A stretch of 64,000 nt of DNA from an uncultured Phycisphaerales bacterium (GCA_963772725.1 CAVYYI010000001.1:288001-352000); one strand, 5' to 3'. Numbered from the stretch's first letter, positions 50,859 through 60,441 are shown. Notes: generated by a model from the letters alone, not told the origin. Program-made: numbers and translations.

Positions 50859-51367
50859 ATAACAATAAGAAAAAATATATGTTATTGTTTATAGGTTGTT
50901 TTGCAATATTATTATCTATCTATATAATAAAATATATGACAACGAATAAAAAGATAGATAATATATTCTTGTGTACTAACGGATATGAGAATCAATATAT
51001 GGTAGAAATTGTGAGTTCTGACATTTGTCCGCCAAACAATAAAGCTCTTCTTCCTATAGGGCAATATCACCTAACAAAAGGTAAAGCGGAAGAATTTGTT
51101 AAAGAATTGGTTCTAATAATCAAATCTTCGTTTATAAAAGTAAAAACAGATGTTAGAATTACTCTGGCGTTTCAATATAAGGTTATCATAGGGCCTGTTA
51201 ATAGAAAGTTGGAATTAGGTTTTTTTTATGATGAAATTGGTAGGAAATTGGATTTGCAATATGAAAACAAGGATAATAAAGAATTTGGCGTTATTATTTT
51301 AAATTCTGAAGGAGCCGATAGAATTATCAACTTATTGAATAAAGTACGTGTCCCTAATAAAAATTAA
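50855..51367 (+). CDS. Candidate immunity protein with N-terminal membrane anchor
   Basis: ATGA overlap with the toxin stop; AT-rich; N-terminal KKK plus hydrophobic helix. Confidence 0.65.
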   Translation: MNNNKKKYMLLFIGCFAILLSIYIIKYMTTNKKIDNIFLCTNGYENQYMVEIVSSDICPPNNKALLPIGQYHLTKGKAEEFVKELVLIIKSSFIKVKTDVRITLAFQYKVIIGPVNRKLELGFFYDEIGRKLDLQYENKDNKEFGVIILNSEGADRIINLLNKVRVPNKN

Positions 51368-51443
51368 ATCTATGATTTAAAGCAGTGAATTTGTTACGTT
51401 GTCCCTACCAAAAATTAAATCCGCGATTTAAAGCGGCAATTTT
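51349..51443 (+). repeat. Cassette-end motif, tandem copies B and C, each with a TTAAATC-nnn-GATTTAA hairpin
   Basis: TGTCCCTAATAAAAATTAAATCTATGATTTAAAGCAGTGAATTT and TGTCCCTACCAAAAATTAAATCCGCGATTTAAAGCGGCAATTTT, 51-bp period. Confidence 0.75.
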
Positions 51444-51571
51444 ATTAAGTTCTTTGACAATTTCATATAGGTTTTAGTTATAAGACTTTTTACAGTGTCA
51501 ATCCGCGTTAATCAGTGTCGAAAGTGGTTTTTGATACTGAAAATGAGGTTTTAGCTGTCGAAAGTCCGATA

Positions 51572-51892
51572 TATCGAATTTAATATGTCATATATGAAGC
51601 TTGATATGTCAAATATTAAACATGATATGTCACATATTAAACTTAATATGTCGAATATGAGGCTTCATCTTTAATATATTAAGCTTAATATCTCGTATAT
51701 TAAACTTGATTTGTTGAATATTAAGCTTAATCCGTTGAATATGAAGCTTCATCTTTAATATATTAAGCTTGATATTTCATTTATGAAGCTTGAAAAATGA
51801 TTTATGAAGCTTCAAACGTTAAATATGAAGCTTAATATGTTGAATATTAAGCATGATATGTAATAGATTAAGCTTGATATGTCGCATATCAA
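51572..51892. repeat. Tandem array of about 15 imperfect 21-bp units, consensus TAT(T/G)AAGCTT(G/A/C)ATATGTCGAA, each with a palindromic core
   Basis: Units start at 51572, 51593, 51614 ... 51866 with a strict 21-bp period; perfect 16-bp palindrome ATATTAAGCTTAATAT at 51676-51691; stops in all six frames. Confidence 0.92.
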
Positions 51893-51975
51893 GTGTGAAA
51901 CGAGACTTAGCGAGTATAGAAAATGACAGAAACAACATGAAAGATTATTCGGACTTAATATCGGTTAAGGGTGGC

Positions 51976-52026
51976 GATAAATCTCGACAAAAAACCTGTT
52001 GACTAATATTTTAATCAAAGTATAAT
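51976..52026 (+). promoter_or_regulatory. Right copy of the 16-bp direct repeat followed by a near-consensus sigma70 promoter for the SSS gene
   Basis: GATAAATCTCGACAAA at 51976-51991; TTGACT (51999)-16bp-TATAAT (52021). Confidence 0.65.
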
Positions 52027-52085
52027 CCCGTGTTATCGTATGTCTCAGGTAACAGGATGACAGTAAAGGATTGAAGGATTCAAAA

Positions 52086-53837
52086 ATGCCAGAAATTCAT
52101 TTGGGTTCCATCGACTATGCCCTGCTTGGTGTCTATTTTGTTTTTATTCTCGGTATCGGTTTTTTGTTAAGGCGTTTCACAAAAACCAGTTCTGATTTTT
52201 TTCTTTCAGGCCGTTCAATACCGGCGTGGATAACCGGCCTTGCGTTTATTTCCGCCAATCTTGGCGCTCAGGAAGTGATAGGAATGGGAGCATCCGGCGC
52301 CAAATACGGTATAATGACAAGTCACTTCTACTGGGTCGGCGCTATTCCGGCGATGGTTTTCGTAGGTATCTTTATGATGCCGTTTTATTACGGCTCGAAG
52401 GCACGTTCCGTTCCTGAATATCTGAAACTGAGATTTGACGAAAAGACAAGGGGTTTTAACGCTTTCTCGTTTGCTATTATGACAATTTTCTCATCTGGAA
52501 TATCGATGTACGCACTGGCAAAGCTTTTCGGATTGCTGCTCGGATGGAATTTCAATTTCAGCATTATAATTTCCGCGGTGATTGTTTTGATTTATATTTT
52601 CCTCGGAGGCCTAACGTCGGCTATTTATAATGAGGTTTTGCAGTTTTTTCTCATAGTGTTCGGTTTTCTGCCGCTGGTGCTTCTCGGTCTTAAGGATGTC
52701 GGGGGTTGGGCGGGCTTAAAATCGAGGCTTGACGTTGTGGCCACAAGCCAGAATTTCGCACCCGGCACATGGGACAATGCATGGAGGCACATGGGTACCG
52801 CTTCACAAAATCCAATGAACGTCGAGTGGTTCGGAATGGTTATGGGGCTTGGTTTTGTGCTTTCCTTTGGATACTGGTGTACGGACTTTCTGGTGGTTCA
52901 GCGAGCGATGGCGGCAAATTCAATGTCGGCGGCAAGGAGAACGCCTTTAATTGCTGCGGTGCCGAAAATGTTTTTCCCGTTTCTTGTGATTCTTCCCGGG
53001 ATGATAGCCATTGCGTTAACCTATCAGGCCGGTAAAAGCGGTTTTTCTCTTCCACTTAAACCGGACGGGACATACGATTATGATATGTCGATTCCTATGA
53101 TGCTGGCACATTACTTCCCGCCTGGAATGCTTGGTCTTGGTCTTACGGCATTGATGGCCTCATTTATGTCTGGTATGGCGGGCAATGTTACGGCGTTCAA
53201 CACGGTCTTTACTTACGACATATATCAGAGCTACCTGGTTAAGAATCGTTCGGACAGTCACTATCTGTGGGTGGGCAGAATGGCGACAATTTTCGGAATA
53301 GCGTTGAGTATCGCTACCGCTTACCTGACGACCCATTTCAATAACATTATGGATATGCTTCAACTTGTTTTTGGCTTTGTTAACGCGCCCCTGTTCGCGA
53401 CATTTCTTCTTGGTATGTTTTGGAAGCGGACGACCGGTCATGGCGCATTTTTCGGTTTGCTTTCAGGAACTGTTGCCGCTGTTATACATCATGGTCTGAC
53501 CCTTCCGTCAGTCGCCAGCACGGCGTGGATAAAGGGCGGGTGGATTCCGGGGCTTCTCGATTCCATCGGTATCAAGATTAATGTAGCGCATATATATCAG
53601 GCGGATATGGCACAGAACTTCTGGATGGCGATTTTCGCGTGGACGACCTGCTTTGTGATGACGATTTTGATTTCACTATTGACTCGTCAGCAGAAAAGTG
53701 ACGAGGAGTTAACGGGTCTGGTGTATTCGCTTACGCCGCGAATTAAGGAACATGGTCTGCGATGGTATAAGCAGCCCGCGACGCTGGGAATAATAATCCT
53801 GATAGCAGCGTTAATTCTCAATATCATCTTTTGGTAA
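52086..53837 (+). CDS. Sodium:solute symporter (Na+/galactose cotransporter-like)
   Basis: DFFLSGRSIPAWITGLAFISANLGA, SVPEYLKLRF and YWCTDFLVVQRAMAA; ATG 52086 follows AAGGA (ORF track starts at 52071). Confidence 0.92.
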   Translation: MPEIHLGSIDYALLGVYFVFILGIGFLLRRFTKTSSDFFLSGRSIPAWITGLAFISANLGAQEVIGMGASGAKYGIMTSHFYWVGAIPAMVFVGIFMMPFYYGSKARSVPEYLKLRFDEKTRGFNAFSFAIMTIFSSGISMYALAKLFGLLLGWNFNFSIIISAVIVLIYIFLGGLTSAIYNEVLQFFLIVFGFLPLVLLGLKDVGGWAGLKSRLDVVATSQNFAPGTWDNAWRHMGTASQNPMNVEWFGMVMGLGFVLSFGYWCTDFLVVQRAMAANSMSAARRTPLIAAVPKMFFPFLVILPGMIAIALTYQAGKSGFSLPLKPDGTYDYDMSIPMMLAHYFPPGMLGLGLTALMASFMSGMAGNVTAFNTVFTYDIYQSYLVKNRSDSHYLWVGRMATIFGIALSIATAYLTTHFNNIMDMLQLVFGFVNAPLFATFLLGMFWKRTTGHGAFFGLLSGTVAAVIHHGLTLPSVASTAWIKGGWIPGLLDSIGIKINVAHIYQADMAQNFWMAIFAWTTCFVMTILISLLTRQQKSDEELTGLVYSLTPRIKEHGLRWYKQPATLGIIILIAALILNIIFW

Positions 53838-53849
53838 CAGGAGCTTATA

Positions 53850-54056
53850 ATGAAAATAGATATAAGATATGTAATCGGTTCGATGTTTGTTGTTTTCGGC
53901 GTTCTGCTTGCTGTCTTTGGTCTTGTGTCGGACTCGGAAATATATAAACGTTCGCTGAACATAAATATAAACATTATATGGGGTGTTGTACTGCTGATTT
54001 TTGGTTCTTTCATGCTATTTCTTGCTATTCGTGCGCATCGTCCGGCCGGCAAATAA
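53850..54056 (+). CDS. Small two-TM membrane protein of the type that follows this SSS subfamily
   Basis: DIRYVIG..F..FG and NINIIWG motifs; AGGAG RBS. Confidence 0.75.
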   Translation: MKIDIRYVIGSMFVVFGVLLAVFGLVSDSEIYKRSLNININIIWGVVLLIFGSFMLFLAIRAHRPAGK

Positions 54057-54077
54057 AACAGACAGTGATAAAAGCGA

Positions 54078-55205
54078 TTAACCGAGCCTTTTGTGGAAGC
54101 GCAATGAACTGAAGGTGAGTATGGCGATTCCCATAATCAGGAGGGCGAGAATCTGCGGCCAGAGGATGTTTATGCCGACACCTTTTAAGAAGATGCCTCG
54201 CAGGATAATCATGTAATACCTCAGTGGATTCAAGTAAGTAATGTATTGAATGATTTTGGGCATGTTGGCGATGGGGAAGATGAAGCCTGAAAGAAGTGTG
54301 GCGGGGAAATAGAACAGGAATGTGGACATCATCGCTTCCTGCTGTGTTGAGGAGAGGGTTGAAATAAACAGTCCTACGCCGAGACTTGCTAAAAGGTAAA
54401 TGATGGTTGAGGCGAGCAGGAGGGGGATGTCACCCCTGATTGGGACTTTGAACCAGAGGACGCCGACGAGTGTTATGAAGGCGGCATCGACAAGCGAGAT
54501 AATCGCGAAGGGCAGGAGTTTGCCGAGAATCAGTTCGAAGGGTCTAAGCGGGCTTACAATGAGTTGTTCGATTGTGCCGATTTCCTTTTCTCTTACAATG
54601 GCCATCGCAGTTAAAAGAAGAGTCATTAAGGTTACAATCATTGCGACGACCCCGGGGATGTAGAAATTTCTGGATTCGAGATTTTCATTAAACCATGCCC
54701 GTGAATGAAGGTCAATATAGGGAAAGGGGGCTGTTTTTTTCAGGGAGACGCTGACGCGGTTTTCGAAGCGGGTGATTATTCCGTTGATATAGCTTAAGAT
54801 GACGGAGGCGGTGCTTGAGTCGGTGCCGTCGATTACAAGCTGTAATTGGGCGGGTCTGCCGGCCATAAAATCTTCGGCGAAACCGCGGTTCATACGAAGT
54901 ACGACTTTAACCGCTGATTTATCGAGTAGGAGGTTTTGCTGTTCGTCGTCTGATATATAGTATTTCGCGTCAAAATACTTTGACCAGAGAAAGGTTCTTA
55001 TGACTTCGCGGCTTTGCTCGGTATTGTCCAAATCGTAAATGGCTGTGGGGATATTTTTGACGTCAGTTGAGGCGGCGTAACCGAAGATGAGTATTTGTAT
55101 AATGGGAGCGACGAAGAGTACCATCCTCATTCGCGGGTCGCGAAGAGTTTGTTTAAATTCTTTTGTCAGCATTGAGCGGAGTCGTTCTAACATAAGGTTA
55201 TGCAA
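54078..55205 (-). CDS. ABC-2 transporter permease (YbhR-like)
   Basis: KEFKQTLRD, WFNENLES and VREKEIGTIEQL. Confidence 0.9.
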   Translation of the reverse strand: MHNLMLERLRSMLTKEFKQTLRDPRMRMVLFVAPIIQILIFGYAASTDVKNIPTAIYDLDNTEQSREVIRTFLWSKYFDAKYYISDDEQQNLLLDKSAVKVVLRMNRGFAEDFMAGRPAQLQLVIDGTDSSTASVILSYINGIITRFENRVSVSLKKTAPFPYIDLHSRAWFNENLESRNFYIPGVVAMIVTLMTLLLTAMAIVREKEIGTIEQLIVSPLRPFELILGKLLPFAIISLVDAAFITLVGVLWFKVPIRGDIPLLLASTIIYLLASLGVGLFISTLSSTQQEAMMSTFLFYFPATLLSGFIFPIANMPKIIQYITYLNPLRYYMIILRGIFLKGVGINILWPQILALLIMGIAILTFSSLRFHKRLG

Positions 55206-56328
55206 CCCTCTTTTTAAATTTTAAAATAGCCAGTGTTACCATAATGAAGGCGAAGAGTAAGAGAAAAAGAATGTCTGCCCAGAGGATTTTGATGCCGACA
55301 CCTTTCATATAAATTCCCCTGAGTATGACAATGAAATACCTGGCTGGGATGAGACGTGTGATTGCCTGTATTACAGGGGGCATATTATAAATGGCGTAAA
55401 CAAAGCCAGAGAGAAGAAATGCGGGCAGAAATGTTGTGATAATCGCGAGCTGGCTTGCCATAAGCTGGTTTTTAGCTACGATGGAGATTAGCATTCCCAT
55501 TGTTAAGGCGCCTGTTAGGAAAAGGGCGCTTAAAACGAAGAGAAGCATAAGGGAACCGTTCAGGGGGATGTGATATACGAACTGTGCCATGGCGACAGCG
55601 ATTAAAAGGTCGATAAAACCAATAATAAAATATGGTATGAATTTGCCGAGGATTAGTTCGCCTGATTTTACGGGGGTAGAAATAAGCTGTTCCATGGTGC
55701 CTCTTTCCCATTCTCGGGCGACGGTCAGGGAAGTTAGCAGGGCGGAGATAATCATCATTATCACGACGATAAGGCCCGGGATGATGAAGTTTCTGCTTTG
55801 CAAAGAGGGATTGAACCAGACGCGGGGCCGGACGTCTATCGAGGCTGTTTTTTTGAGTCCTGCTTCAGAGAAGGCTTTTGCGGCGAAAGTAATATTGTAC
55901 TGGGATACAATAGCCTGGGCATAACCCATGGCGATGGTGGCGGTGCTTGAGTCGCTGCCGTCGACGAGCAATTGTACGGGGGCGGTGCGGTTTGCGCGTA
56001 TGTGTTTTGAGAAATCGACTGGGATAACCATAACCATCAGGGCTTCATTTTTGTCGATTAATTTTTCGAGGTCAGGATAATTGTCGTAATAGCCGATAAT
56101 TTTGAAGTATCTCGAATTTTTGAAGTTGAGGATAAAATCAGTTGAAACCTGGGATTTGTCCTGGTTCCATATCGCCAGGCGCACGTTGTCAACGTCGAGG
56201 GTCAGAGCGAAACCGAAAAGAATGAGCAGGAGTACCGGAATGGCCAAGGCCATAGCGAGGCTTCGCGGGTCGCGCAGGACCTGTATGAACTCTTTTTTAG
56301 CTAAAGCATTAACTCTTCTTATATTCAT
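55198..56328 (-). CDS. ABC-2 transporter permease (YbhS-like)
   Basis: KEFIQVLRDPRS and AREWERGTMEQL. Confidence 0.9.
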   Translation of the reverse strand: MNIRRVNALAKKEFIQVLRDPRSLAMALAIPVLLLILFGFALTLDVDNVRLAIWNQDKSQVSTDFILNFKNSRYFKIIGYYDNYPDLEKLIDKNEALMVMVIPVDFSKHIRANRTAPVQLLVDGSDSSTATIAMGYAQAIVSQYNITFAAKAFSEAGLKKTASIDVRPRVWFNPSLQSRNFIIPGLIVVIMMIISALLTSLTVAREWERGTMEQLISTPVKSGELILGKFIPYFIIGFIDLLIAVAMAQFVYHIPLNGSLMLLFVLSALFLTGALTMGMLISIVAKNQLMASQLAIITTFLPAFLLSGFVYAIYNMPPVIQAITRLIPARYFIVILRGIYMKGVGIKILWADILFLLLFAFIMVTLAILKFKKRVA

Positions 56329-57280
56329 TGTTAGTGACCATTCTATCGTGCGTTTCTATTAATGAGACGAAAACGTCCTCAAGCGAAGGGGGGATTTTGC
56401 TGACGCGAAAGTCGGCATCTGTTTCCTGGCGGAGCATTTCTTCTATGACAGGAATCGCGGACACGGCGTTTTCGACGACGGCGTGAATGTCGGCGCCGAA
56501 AAGGGCGGCTTCTTTAACGACGCTTAAATCGTTTAATTCATCAATCCACTCTTCGGAATTTGCGATGGAGATTTCGAGGCAATCGTTTTTCATAAAATCG
56601 GTTTTAAGCTGAGCGGGGGAGCCCATGGCGATGATATCGCCTCTATAAATGAGGGCCATTCGGTCACAGTTTTCGGCTTCGCCCATATAATGAGTTGTGA
56701 CAAAAACGGTAACGCCGCCAGCGGCCATATTTTTGATTAGGGACCAGAAGTTTTTTCTGGAGATGGGGTCAACGCCTGAGGTGGGTTCGTCGAGGAAGAT
56801 TATTTGCGGCTCGTGGATTATGGCGCATCCGAGAGCGAGTCGTTGTTTCCAGCCGACTGAAAGACTTTTGGTCATATTTTTGCAAAGGTCTTTGAGGCCT
56901 GCCATTTCGAGGACCCAGTCCTTGCGAGGGGTTTTCTTTGCGGCGGGGATTCTGTAGATGCCGCTGTAGAAGTCGATGTTTTCTTCCACGGTTAAATCTT
57001 CGTAGAGGGAAAACCTTTGGGACATATAGCCGATGTTCTGCCTGATATGCTCCTGCTGGCGGATGATGTCGAAACCACTGACACGACCTTTGCCTGAGGT
57101 GGGGGTGAGGATTCCGCAGAGCATTTTTATGGTGGTGGATTTTCCTGCGCCGTTGGGGCCGAGGAAGCCGAAAATTTCACCGGCGGCGACATTAAAAGTG
57201 ATTTTGTCAACGGCGGTGAAATTGCCGAATTTTTTTTCCAGTTCTGTAACTTCGACAGCATTAGTATTATTTGTATTCAT
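56309..57280 (-). CDS. ABC transporter ATP-binding protein (YbhF C-half-like)
   Basis: GPNGAGKST, LSVGWKQR and FLDEPTSGVDP. Confidence 0.92.
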   Translation of the reverse strand: MNTNNTNAVEVTELEKKFGNFTAVDKITFNVAAGEIFGFLGPNGAGKSTTIKMLCGILTPTSGKGRVSGFDIIRQQEHIRQNIGYMSQRFSLYEDLTVEENIDFYSGIYRIPAAKKTPRKDWVLEMAGLKDLCKNMTKSLSVGWKQRLALGCAIIHEPQIIFLDEPTSGVDPISRKNFWSLIKNMAAGGVTVFVTTHYMGEAENCDRMALIYRGDIIAMGSPAQLKTDFMKNDCLEISIANSEEWIDELNDLSVVKEAALFGADIHAVVENAVSAIPVIEEMLRQETDADFRVSKIPPSLEDVFVSLIETHDRMVTNNEYKKS

Positions 57281-57998
57281 ATTCGTTTATTATTGAGACG
57301 AAAGCTTCTTCCATTGATTTGGCGGCAGCTTGTTTTTTTATTTTTTCTGGGATGTCGCAACGCAGGAGTTTTCCTTTATGGATGAGACCGACTCTTTTGC
57401 AGCGTTCGGCCTCGTCGAGGTAAGAGGTCGAAAAAAGGATGGTGACATTTTCCTTGAGAAGTTTGTAAAGTATCTGCCAGAAATCTCTTCTTGAGACGGG
57501 GTCGACGCCGTTGGTGGGTTCGTCGAGGAGGAGGACTTTGGGGGTATGAATGAGGGCGCAGGCGAGGCCGAGTTTTTGTTTCATTCCGCCTGAGAGGTTG
57601 CCGGCTAATCTTTTTTTGAAGGGAGTCAGGCCGCTGAAATTTAAGAGGCTTTCGATTTTCACTTGCCTTTGACGATTTGGGACGCAGTAAATATCGGCGT
57701 AAAAATTTAAGTTCTCGATAACAGTGAGGTCGTCGTAAAGGCCGAACCGCTGGGACATGTACGCGATGTTTTCTTTCAGGGCTTCGGATTGCTGAAGGAT
57801 GTGGTAGTTGCAAACCCATGCGTCGCCTGAAGTTGGTTCGAGTATTCCAGCGAGCAGCCTCATAGTGGTAGTTTTGCCTGCACCGTCAGGGCCTACGAGG
57901 CCGAAAATTTCGCCATGTCCGATTTCGAGAGTGAGATTATCAACGGCAGTTACGGCGTCGAATTTTTTGGTCAGATTGGTGGTCTTTATGACTGCCAT
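57267..57998 (-). CDS. ABC transporter ATP-binding protein (YbhF N-half-like)
   Basis: GPDGAGKTT, LSGGMKQK and LLDEPTNGVDP. Confidence 0.92.
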   Translation of the reverse strand: MAVIKTTNLTKKFDAVTAVDNLTLEIGHGEIFGLVGPDGAGKTTTMRLLAGILEPTSGDAWVCNYHILQQSEALKENIAYMSQRFGLYDDLTVIENLNFYADIYCVPNRQRQVKIESLLNFSGLTPFKKRLAGNLSGGMKQKLGLACALIHTPKVLLLDEPTNGVDPVSRRDFWQILYKLLKENVTILFSTSYLDEAERCKRVGLIHKGKLLRCDIPEKIKKQAAAKSMEEAFVSIINEYEYK

Positions 57999-58000
57999 AA

Positions 58001-58834
58001 TTATTCTTTTATATAAGCGTCGGCGGGCATTCCGGGTTTCAGCTCGAGATTGGGATTTTGCACGGTAATTTTGATTCGGTAAACGAGTTTGACTCTTTCC
58101 TCGGTTGTTTGTATCTGTTTGGGGGTAAACTCGGCCTGCTCGGAAATAAAGGAGATTCTGCCTTTATAGATTTTGTCGGGATAGGTGTCGGTGATGACGT
58201 CGGCGGGCTGGTTTAGTTTAACTTTGCCCAGGTCGGTTTCGTTGATGTATGATGTGAGCCAGATGTCGTTGAGGTCGGCGACAGTAAAGACGACGGAGCC
58301 GGGCTGGAGGATTTCGCCGGGTTCGGCACTTTTTACAAGGACAAAACCGTTGACGGGGGAATTTAAATCGGCGTAGGCGAGTTGAATAGCGGCCAGTTCG
58401 AGAGATGATTTGGCGGCTTTTAGCTGGGCGTAGCTGGCGTCATATTTGGCTTTTGCTGAATCTCTTTGCTGGGAAGAAGTGGCGCCGCCTTTATAGAGGT
58501 TCTCGGCGCGTTCGTATTCCTCTTTGAGCCAGTTGTAGTTGGAGTTGGCATCTTCGAGTATGGCTTGGGCGTGTTCCTTGTTTTTGGTCAGTTCATCTTT
58601 ATCCAGGACGGCGACAAGCTGATTTTTTTTGACGAACATTCCCTCATCGGTGAAAATCTGTTTTAGTTTGCCGAACACCTGGAAAGAGAGGCGGATGTCT
58701 GTGGCTTCGATGTTTCCTGATACTTTTATTAAGCCGGTTGAATGGCTGTGTGCGTAATAAAAATAATAATAAACCCCAAATATGATTAAGAGAAGCAAAA
58801 CAAATACAGGAATCAATATTTTCTTTTTTTTCAT
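58001..58834 (-). CDS. HlyD/YbhG-like periplasmic adaptor
   Basis: MKKKK plus TM helix; SGNIEA, AEFTPKQIQTTEER and LKPGMPAD; the ORF track extends to 58870. Confidence 0.9.
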   Translation of the reverse strand: MKKKKILIPVFVLLLLIIFGVYYYFYYAHSHSTGLIKVSGNIEATDIRLSFQVFGKLKQIFTDEGMFVKKNQLVAVLDKDELTKNKEHAQAILEDANSNYNWLKEEYERAENLYKGGATSSQQRDSAKAKYDASYAQLKAAKSSLELAAIQLAYADLNSPVNGFVLVKSAEPGEILQPGSVVFTVADLNDIWLTSYINETDLGKVKLNQPADVITDTYPDKIYKGRISFISEQAEFTPKQIQTTEERVKLVYRIKITVQNPNLELKPGMPADAYIKE

Positions 58835-58894
58835 ACAGCCCCTTTCCCGATAAACCTTCCCGATATCCAAACATCAGACAATTGTACAACAGTT

Positions 58895-58923
58895 ATAATA
58901 ACCCGCAAAGTCTTTTTTTACAA
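58895..58923 (-). promoter_or_regulatory. Sigma70-like promoter for the ABC exporter operon
   Basis: Minus strand TTGTAA-17bp-TATTAT, about 60 bp upstream of the HlyD start. Confidence 0.4.
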
Positions 58924-59105
58924 GTCTTTTGAGGGACATTTTATTGTTTTCATCCGCCGTCTTATCTCGGCAGTTGAGTTTATCAGATAGTTATAATATA
59001 ATAAGCCCAAATGTTCCGTATGATATACGGCAGCTTATAAGGATTGACTGTAAAAAACTCAGAAAAATCCGGTAAAGATTGGTGTATAAGTTTTAAGGTG
59101 AAGAT

Positions 59106-60028
59106 ATGATGTGGTTTTTATTATGGGCAGGTTTTATTGTTTTTATTCTGGCTATGCTTGCGCTCGACCTGCTGATTTTTAACCGCAGATTGCATGAAAT
59201 AAAGATTAAAGAGGCCTTGGCGTGGACGGCCGTATGGATATGCCTGGCTTTAATTTTTAACGTGGGTGTTTACTTCTGGTACGGTCATCAGAAAGCGTTG
59301 GAGTTTTTCACGGGATACCTCCTTGAAAAATCCTTAAGCGTGGATAACATCTTTGTCTTTCTGATGATTTTTACCTATTTTAAGGTGCCGCAAAAATATC
59401 AGCACGAAGTTTTGTTCTGGGGTATTCTTGGCGCACTTATTATGCGGGCGATTTTTATCGCGGGCGGCATTACCCTAATCAACCAATTTCACTGGATTAT
59501 TTACGTTTTCGGTCTATTCCTGGTTTTTACCGCCATTAAAATGGCTCTTGATAAGGACAAGGAAGTTCATCTTGAAAAAAGCCTTATCCTGCGGTTTTTT
59601 AATCGAATCATACCGGTTACCAAAAATTATGAAGAGGGCAAGTTCTTTATTAAAATGTCAGGACGGCGGCTTGCCACCCCATTATTTGTTGTTCTGCTTG
59701 TTATTGAAACAACGGATGTAATTTTCGCGGTTGATTCTATACCGGCTATTTTAGCCATCACACAGGATTCCTTTGTTGTTTATACTTCCAATGTTTTCGC
59801 GATTCTGGGGTTGCGGCTCTTTACTTTGCCATTGCGGGGATAATGAAGTATTTTCACTATCTCCATTACGGGCTTTCTGTCGTGCTGGCATTTGTAGGCT
59901 GCAAAATGCTCATCGTTGATTTATACAAGATTCCAATAGGCGTTTCTCTTTTAGTGATTGCCTGTGTCCTGGCAATCTCAGTTATCGCCTCAATTATATG
60001 GCCCCAAAAAGAAAATAACCTGAAATAA
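59106..60028 (+). CDS. TerC/Alx family membrane protein, with a one-base deletion near 59817
   Basis: EKSLSVDNIFVF and TDVIFAVDSIPA; restoring one G gives GLRALYFAIAGIMKYFHYLHYG and joins ORF 59843..60028. Confidence 0.9.
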
Positions 60029-60048
60029 ATTTTGCGGACAGAAGCATT

Positions 60049-60435
60049 ATGGTAAAATTCCTTCTAATTGCATTGGGTGGTGCGATAGGAACCGTATTAC
60101 GTTATATTGTGTCAGGATTGGATTATAAGCATTCCAGCGAACTATTTCCGCTAAGTACCCTGGTTATTAATCTAACCGGTTCTTTGATTATCGGTTTTTT
60201 GTGGGGTATATTTGAAAAGGCAGTTATTCCGCCGAATATCAGACTGTTTCTTTTTATCGGCATTCTCGGCGGATTTACAACTTTCTCAACATTTTGTCTG
60301 GAAAGTTTCAATTTATTGAGGGATGGTGAAATTAAAGTAGCTTTTTTAAATATAGTATTATCAAACTTTTTTGGTATTGTCTTTGTTTTCGTGGGCTTTT
60401 TCATAGCTAAATTTTTAACCAGTGCCGCTAAATAG
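60049..60435 (+). CDS. crcB: Fluoride efflux channel CrcB/FluC
   Basis: GGAIGTVLRY, TLVINLTG and GILGGFTTFSTF. Confidence 0.93.
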   Translation: MVKFLLIALGGAIGTVLRYIVSGLDYKHSSELFPLSTLVINLTGSLIIGFLWGIFEKAVIPPNIRLFLFIGILGGFTTFSTFCLESFNLLRDGEIKVAFLNIVLSNFFGIVFVFVGFFIAKFLTSAAK

Positions 60436-60441
60436 GGAGAA

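Noticed and set aside
49636..51443. Integron attC sites
   Set aside because: The motifs lack the RYYYAAC...GTTRRRY ends and no integron integrase is present.
51449..51462. rRNA boxA-like sequence GTTCTTTGACAAT
   Set aside because: No rRNA or tRNA follows; a short match in AT-rich DNA cannot be supported.
51572..51892. CRISPR array
   Set aside because: The period is only 21 bp, there are no unique 25-40-bp spacers, and no cas genes are in the window.
56309..57998. Frameshift-split ybhF
   Set aside because: Both ORFs are complete ABC domains with their own termini and overlapping stop/start; a two-gene arrangement is plausible.
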